From Bacteroidetes bacterium RIFCSPLOWO2_12_FULL_37_12 (GTDB lineage: Bacteria; Bacteroidota; Bacteroidia; 2-12-FULL-37-12): DNA of 64,000 nt. The stretch lies in the NCBI GenBank assembly GCA_001769655.1, contig MEPC01000042.1, positions 164,277 through 228,276 on the forward strand, written 5' to 3'. This document shows, piece by piece, positions 58,456 to 64,000 of the stretch. The position numbers and the translations under genes were made by a program. The notes beneath the pieces are model-generated. The model had not been told where the DNA came from. It saw only the letters and a list, made by a program, of their open reading frames with translations, and ran no database searches. How positions within the stretch are numbered: the stretch's first letter is position 1; every line of letters starts with the position of its first letter.

Positions 58456-58830
58456 ATGAAAAAAATTTCAGATATAGCAAAAATTTCGCTTGAAGGAATG
58501 GAATTTTTTGCAAATCATGGATATTATGATGAGGAACAGAAAATAGGGAATAAGTTTGGTGTGGATGTTTCCATCATGGTTGATGTTTACAAAGCAGAAG
58601 AAAGCGATTCACTTTCTCAAACCGTAAACTATGAAAAACTTTACACCATAGTAAAAGAGGAGATGATTAAGCCATCCCGGTTGCTGGAAAATATCGGAAA
58701 CCGGATAATTCAGCGGGTGTTTGATGCTTTTTCAAAAGTGAATACGGTGGAGGTTACGGTTTCGAAGTTTAATCCGCCGGTAGGAGGGATTTGCAAACGG
58801 GCGAAAATACATTTGAAAAGGGAGAGGTAA
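58456..58830 (+). CDS. folB: Dihydroneopterin aldolase
   Basis: GMEFFANHG..DEE..IG..F.VD, TVNY, LLE, KFNPP.GG. Confidence 0.95.
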   Translation: MKKISDIAKISLEGMEFFANHGYYDEEQKIGNKFGVDVSIMVDVYKAEESDSLSQTVNYEKLYTIVKEEMIKPSRLLENIGNRIIQRVFDAFSKVNTVEVTVSKFNPPVGGICKRAKIHLKRER

Positions 58831-59017
58831 GGGTATTATTTTATACCGATGGTATATACCAAACCAACTCATTTTTTAGAAAAAAAACATGTAACACTAA
58901 ACAAAAAATGAATAATTTCTAAGTACTCAACTCCTTTAACATTAATTATTTTTTGTTATATGTTATTCATTTTTTTCAGAAACCTGTTTACCTTTGGTAT
59001 AGTTTGGAATATAAAAC

Positions 59018-59053
59018 AAAAACCCTCTCGCTAAGAGCAAGAGGGTTTTTTTT
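59018..59053. terminator. Bidirectional rho-independent terminator
   Basis: AAAAACCCTCTCGCT-AAG-AGCAAGAGGGTTTTTTTT between convergent genes. Confidence 0.75.
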
Positions 59054-59078
59054 AAAAAATTATTATATAGCTGAACAG

Positions 59079-60008
59079 TTAATTGCTACATCCCATAGAT
59101 CCAAAACCCGCAACCTTCTTAAATTTGACATCTTCATCTATATCATCTAACCCTTGTCCGGATTCAAATGAAAATTGCAAGTATTCTCCGTTAAAGCCAA
59201 TGTTTCCACCTGAAACGTTTAGTTTTCCTTTACTGGATAATGAGAAAGCGGGCGCACGAAAATCTACAACAACAGATAATCCTTTGTCAGCAAGTTTATC
59301 CGTGTTATTTTCCATGTCTTGTGCACTCTCAGCCCAATTAAGAACATCATAAGAACCAGATGCACGTTCGGCATAAACTATGTAAACAGCCATCCCATTG
59401 AAAAACTCAAATGGGTTTTCCTTAGCAGATGAATCTCCTGAAGATGTATCACCTGCAGATGTATTTCCTTCCAATAACTTTTTAAAATCACCACTTATTC
59501 CTAACACTACGGAAACCCCTGAAAACATGGAGTCGCTTCCAAACATGTTTAGCCCCATGGCTTCATCAGAAGCAGAAAAACAAAACGTGTAATTAATGTT
59601 TAAGCTAGTTTTTCCGGCTATAACAGTTCCACCGCCTGAAACAGAACCAAACGCATTGGCTGACACATATAAAATGCCACCGCCATTTGGACTTTCGACA
59701 AATTCAACACCTTCCGAAGATGAAAAATTAAAACCTTCGTTTGGTTCAGCAAAAGAAAAACCGCCGTCTCTGAGATTTGCAGTACCTAATACCTTTTTGT
59801 TTCCGGTATCAACAATTTTGATTTTGTTAATTCGGTTTAACGCCCTCTGGGCTTTATCCATAACAGTTTTATCGTCTGTAACAGTTGTTGATGTGCCACC
59901 ATTGCCGGGTACTGGACATTCATTAGTACAGGACGAAATAATAAAAAGTGACATAAAAATTAATGCACCACAGAGGGACATTAATTTAAAATTTTTAATC
60001 GTTTTCAT
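59079..60008 (-). CDS. Hypothetical lipoprotein
   Basis: Lipobox ISSC; Gly/Ser-rich, beta-rich body. Confidence 0.7.
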   Translation of the reverse strand: MKTIKNFKLMSLCGALIFMSLFIISSCTNECPVPGNGGTSTTVTDDKTVMDKAQRALNRINKIKIVDTGNKKVLGTANLRDGGFSFAEPNEGFNFSSSEGVEFVESPNGGGILYVSANAFGSVSGGGTVIAGKTSLNINYTFCFSASDEAMGLNMFGSDSMFSGVSVVLGISGDFKKLLEGNTSAGDTSSGDSSAKENPFEFFNGMAVYIVYAERASGSYDVLNWAESAQDMENNTDKLADKGLSVVVDFRAPAFSLSSKGKLNVSGGNIGFNGEYLQFSFESGQGLDDIDEDVKFKKVAGFGSMGCSN

Positions 60009-60057
60009 AACAATATATTTTTGGAATAATTAAATTGAATTAATATCCAATCAGAAA

Positions 60058-60726
60058 TTAGAATATCCAGCCCAATCTGAGTTGACCATTAACATTTGGA
60101 CCGAAGTTAAGGGTTGAACCTTGCTCTTCGTCTCTTGGAGCTACTGCGCCTTCGGCATCAGTACTTCTTTTTATTGTTGATTTCGATGTCATGGCAAAAC
60201 CAAAACCTAATTCAGCTCCCAAATACGCGTGTTTTGTAAAATACCAGTCAAATCCGCAAGGAGCGTTTAATCCAATTCGGAGCCATCCATCTTTTCCAGT
60301 TTCAGTCATGGTATCTATTTTTTTGGATTTTGTCTGTGTTTTGCTTGTGCTGGTTTTCATACCAAAATCAACCACTACTCCGCAATATGGCGATAGACGG
60401 TCAGTGCCTGCCATGTGAAACTCAATACCGGGTGTCAAACCAAATGTAAAACTTGATTCGGTATCCTCCAGTTTGAGTGAATCTGTAGAATTATCATCAT
60501 AATGAACTTTGCCTTCACTTGTCATCCCGATAAAAAGATTTGCTCTGTAAGCGCTCGTTCCTGAGAACATCCTAAATTGTAAGCCATTGATTCCAACCGG
60601 GCTTCCACTTAAGGGAGCAAATTGAAGTTCTATGGATTTATCTCCTGAACCAGGTTTCATGTCTTGTGCTTGGTTAGAAAGTGCAATAGTTAAAATAACT
60701 ATCAATAAGAAGAATGACTTTTTCAT
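60058..60726 (-). CDS. Small outer-membrane beta-barrel protein
   Basis: Signal peptide, PGIEFH...RLSPY, YLGAELG, C-terminal LRLGWIF. Confidence 0.8.
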   Translation of the reverse strand: MKKSFFLLIVILTIALSNQAQDMKPGSGDKSIELQFAPLSGSPVGINGLQFRMFSGTSAYRANLFIGMTSEGKVHYDDNSTDSLKLEDTESSFTFGLTPGIEFHMAGTDRLSPYCGVVVDFGMKTSTSKTQTKSKKIDTMTETGKDGWLRIGLNAPCGFDWYFTKHAYLGAELGFGFAMTSKSTIKRSTDAEGAVAPRDEEQGSTLNFGPNVNGQLRLGWIF

Positions 60727-61089
60727 TTTTTTTTTAGTTTTTTCAGAGAGTTTTTTCTCCGATTAGTTTATAGGAAGTTTTATATTTTTTAAAAGCTTAC
60801 TATTCTCACGAATGATTATCACTTTCAAAAAACTAAGAAAATCAGACCTCCATTAACAGATTTTCCCATAAAAACTTTGCAAAAATATGTTATTTTCATT
60901 AAAACACAAGTTTTTTATTAAAAAAATTGCCTTTATGAAATAATTGATGGCTTTCTGCGTTAATTAAATACAGGGGGGTTAATAATTTTATCTTACTAAA
61001 GTGACCTATTCAATGGTACTTTTATATTTCTAAATTAAAAAATATTAAATTTCTTTTGAAAATTTAACCTGTATTAACATCTAATTTGC

Positions 61090-63237
61090 ATGAATAAATT
61101 TATACAAACCAATTTGATTTCACACAAAAAGGTGGCTCTCCTTTTTCTGGTTTTTTCGTTTGTTAAAGTAAATGCACAAACCATCTACTATTCCGTAACT
61201 AATGGAAAAATTGTGCAATGGGAAAACAACTCAAGTTGGACAACGGGCTCGTATGGTAGCGGATTTAATACAGGGAATTATCCAAAAGCAGGAGATATTG
61301 CTTATATTAAGGGCTGTGAAATGGAAATCCGAAATCAAAATGCGGGCTGTGCTCAGGTATTTTTAGAAGCGACCAATTCTCAAGAGACCAAATTTGAGTT
61401 GCAAGCCGGTAAGACCATGTCCATTTCCGGTAACTTATCGGCAGTAGCTAATGCCACTTCTAAAAAAATCCATATTCATGTTCAGGATGCAAATTGCACA
61501 TTAAACATTGGTGGGAATGTAATAGCCCGTAAAACAGGAGGTACATCCCAAAAAATAGAATTTTTATTTGAGAAAAATTCAACGACAACTGTTGCAGGAG
61601 ATTTTAATTCCTACTATGAAAGCGGAAAAAACAATATCTCCGTGGAAATAAAAAATACTGCCAAGGTAACTATCTCAGGAAATCTCCTGATGGATTATTC
61701 CGGCGGTGTGGAAAGAATTGATGTGTCAGTAAGCAATCAGGGTTTGTTACAGGTAGTCGGAAATATTCAATACATAGCCACTAATCAGGGAAAAACAAAA
61801 ATAACGCTTCGTGACGATGGTTCTGTATTAAAGATTGGAGGTAATTTTATCCGTGGAGATGCAGGAAAAGGACAGAATTACGGAGTACTAAATTGTCTGA
61901 ATAAATCAACAGTCCGGTTTAATGGAAATACTCAACAATTAGTAGGGGAAAATGCAGGTGCAGGGACTGATTTCTTTTATTATAAAAATGTAGTTATTGA
62001 AAGCACCAGTCCGGTTTCGCCACAGCTTTTGCTTGAAAAAAATGAAGGAGGCGGCGCTACCATAAATGGCACTATCACCTTTAATTCCGGAGTATTAAAG
62101 TTAGGAAGCCAACCGTTGATAATTACAGCAAATGGTTCCATCGCAGGCGGAAATTCCAACAGCTACATTAATGCCACTACTTTTAACGGTGGAGTGGTAC
62201 GCAAAAATTATACTGGGAACTTTTCACAATTATTTCCTGTCGGTGATAATAATGATTATACTCCGTTGACATTTGCGAGAAACAGTGGCAACAGCAATGG
62301 CACTTACATTACAATAAGTGTCACTGACGACCTTCATCCAAACTTTTTAAATACGGATAATGTGATTTCCAGGTATTGGAGAATAAATTCAGGGGGTGTC
62401 ACTACTATAAATTATTCCCTTACTTACAATTATACAGACGCCGATGTCACTGGTTCTGAAGCCAGCATGTATGCTGTAAGATGGGATGGCACCTCCTGGG
62501 GCGAATTTGGTCTGGCGGATGCAAACAACAACCGGTTAAACATCAATTCTCTTACATCAATCCCCATGAATCATGATTTCACGGGAGCGGCATCATCAGC
62601 GCTACCACTTGATTTGCTTAGTTTTTCAGGAAAACAAGATGGAGCAGGTACGTTACTTGAATGGGAAACAAGTTCCTCTATTAACGGTAAAAGTTTCCAT
62701 GTTGAATATTCCAAAGATTTAAAAAAATTTATTGAGTTGGGCTTTGTAAATGAAGGAGAAATAGCAGGAGAAAAACAAAAATATTCCTACGCTGATTTTT
62801 CCAAAAAAACTCCCGGTGTATATTATTACCGTCTTAACCAGGTTGATATAAATGGAGAAACAAAATTATCAAACGTAATAGCCATACCTGTAAGAAATGA
62901 ATCCGATGAATTTACTGTTTCTGCCAACTATCCCAATCCGGTAAATAAAAGTGATCGATACACGCGAATTAATGTTACGCTTCCTGCTGAAGGAGAGGTC
63001 AGGATTTTAATTTATGACAGGAAGGGGCAATTATGGAGGAGCGCCACAAGGGTACTACCGGCAGGAGAAACTATACTGGAACTTGAAACATCAAATCTCC
63101 CGGAGGGAACATATCTCTATACATTAAATTATGAGTTCAAAACACTAACAAGAAAATTTTACCGGTTAAGCAAGCCCATAAAAGAGGAGTGGGAGAAAAA
63201 GGGGGACGGATATTTATCGGGGACAACGGGGAAATAA
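61090..63237 (+). CDS. T9SS-secreted surface protein (beta-solenoid-like N-terminus, Ig-like domain, CTD)
   Basis: Signal peptide, FPVGD...Y.P, LPLDLLSF, YYYRLNQVD.NG, YPNP...LPEGTYLY. Confidence 0.82.
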   Translation: MNKFIQTNLISHKKVALLFLVFSFVKVNAQTIYYSVTNGKIVQWENNSSWTTGSYGSGFNTGNYPKAGDIAYIKGCEMEIRNQNAGCAQVFLEATNSQETKFELQAGKTMSISGNLSAVANATSKKIHIHVQDANCTLNIGGNVIARKTGGTSQKIEFLFEKNSTTTVAGDFNSYYESGKNNISVEIKNTAKVTISGNLLMDYSGGVERIDVSVSNQGLLQVVGNIQYIATNQGKTKITLRDDGSVLKIGGNFIRGDAGKGQNYGVLNCLNKSTVRFNGNTQQLVGENAGAGTDFFYYKNVVIESTSPVSPQLLLEKNEGGGATINGTITFNSGVLKLGSQPLIITANGSIAGGNSNSYINATTFNGGVVRKNYTGNFSQLFPVGDNNDYTPLTFARNSGNSNGTYITISVTDDLHPNFLNTDNVISRYWRINSGGVTTINYSLTYNYTDADVTGSEASMYAVRWDGTSWGEFGLADANNNRLNINSLTSIPMNHDFTGAASSALPLDLLSFSGKQDGAGTLLEWETSSSINGKSFHVEYSKDLKKFIELGFVNEGEIAGEKQKYSYADFSKKTPGVYYYRLNQVDINGETKLSNVIAIPVRNESDEFTVSANYPNPVNKSDRYTRINVTLPAEGEVRILIYDRKGQLWRSATRVLPAGETILELETSNLPEGTYLYTLNYEFKTLTRKFYRLSKPIKEEWEKKGDGYLSGTTGK

Positions 63238-63250
63238 ATGGAAAAGCATA

Positions 63251-64000
63251 TCAATCCAAAATCTCCCGTATATCCCCTTCTGTCAAACTTCTGAAGATGC
63301 TGTCATCTGTGCGGATTAAATCTTCCGCTAATTTTAATTTACTTGCCTGGAGATTCAGAATTTTTTCTTCCACACTGTTTTTGGTTATAAATTTATAAAT
63401 AAAAACCGTTTTATCCTGCCCAATCCGGTGAGCACGGTTAATGGCTTGCATTTCTACTGCTGGGTTCCACCAGGGGTCGAGAATAAAAACATAATCTGCC
63501 GCGGTCAGATTTAGTCCTAAGCCGCCGGCTTTAAGAGAAATAAGAAATAATTTCACTGCGTCATCGTGCTGAAATTTTTCAACCGGTGATTTACGGTTTT
63601 GTGTATTTCCGTCAAGATAGGCGTAAATTATATTGCTTTTATCGAGGTGTTCCCTCAGAATAGTCAACAGTTTTACAAACTGGGAAAAAATCAAAACCTT
63701 ATGCCCTTCTTTCATGGCATTTTCAATCATCTCACACACTTCATTGAATTTTCCGGAGTCACCGGAGTAGTCCTCATTCAACATTCGTGGATGATTTACA
63801 ATTTGACGCAACATGGTCAATCCCTGAAGTAAAATAAACTGGGATTGTGCTAGCCCTTTTTCTCCTATGGATTTCAAAATCTGGTTCCGGAATCCCGATT
63901 TAATTTCGTCATAGAAAATCTGTTGTTCCTCCGACATTTCATTGAAAAGGACTTGTTCAAATTTCTCGGGGAGTTCTTTTTCAACCTGTTGTTTGGTTCT
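63251..64000 (-). CDS. SNF2/DEAD-like helicase, C-terminal part (5'-partial)
   Basis: Frame is open to the window edge (RTKQQVEKELPEK...). Motifs LRQIVNHP, SGK, KVLIFSQF, SLKAGGLGLNLT, DPWWNPAVE.QA.NRAHRIGQ. Confidence 0.95.
   Translation of the reverse strand, partial: RTKQQVEKELPEKFEQVLFNEMSEEQQIFYDEIKSGFRNQILKSIGEKGLAQSQFILLQGLTMLRQIVNHPRMLNEDYSGDSGKFNEVCEMIENAMKEGHKVLIFSQFVKLLTILREHLDKSNIIYAYLDGNTQNRKSPVEKFQHDDAVKLFLISLKAGGLGLNLTAADYVFILDPWWNPAVEMQAINRAHRIGQDKTVFIYKFITKNSVEEKILNLQASKLKLAEDLIRTDDSIFRSLTEGDIREILD

Noticed and set aside
195-63832. Numerous 60-145-aa antisense or nested ORFs in the ORF track
   Set aside because: They shadow well-supported genes and have no recognisable motifs.

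Overview
AT-rich chromosomal window of a Bacteroidota bacterium. The assignment rests on TAnnTTTG -7 promoter boxes, many T9SS-CTD proteins, DUF6089 barrels and Bacteroidota-type ribosomal proteins. Housekeeping content: tatD, kup, tRNA-Ser(GGA), the distal spc/alpha ribosomal cluster (rpsH to rplQ, detached from rpsN), DUF47/PiT, paaABCD, PNP, a GT4-wza-wzc-cpsB capsule-export block, folB and a partial SNF2 helicase. The strongest candidate for an undescribed system is at 40.2-49.5 kb: Crp/Fnr, porin, TPR-fused 4Fe-4S subunit, NrfD anchor, an atypical Mo-bisPGD catalytic subunit and a second Cys-rich Crp/Fnr, followed by a TA pair, an unannotated 36-aa ArsM N-terminal remnant and arsC. It looks like an anaerobic metalloid/chalcogen oxyanion respiration module. 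Also notable: a 2.4-kb integrase-less insert bracketed by an 89-bp duplication of the tatD 3' end, a tandem-fused TPR-3TM receptor with no output domain, and many intergenic 7/8/11/16-bp arrays and REP-like palindromes, some inside the ribosomal operon. All family calls come from motif recognition and memory; no database searches were run.
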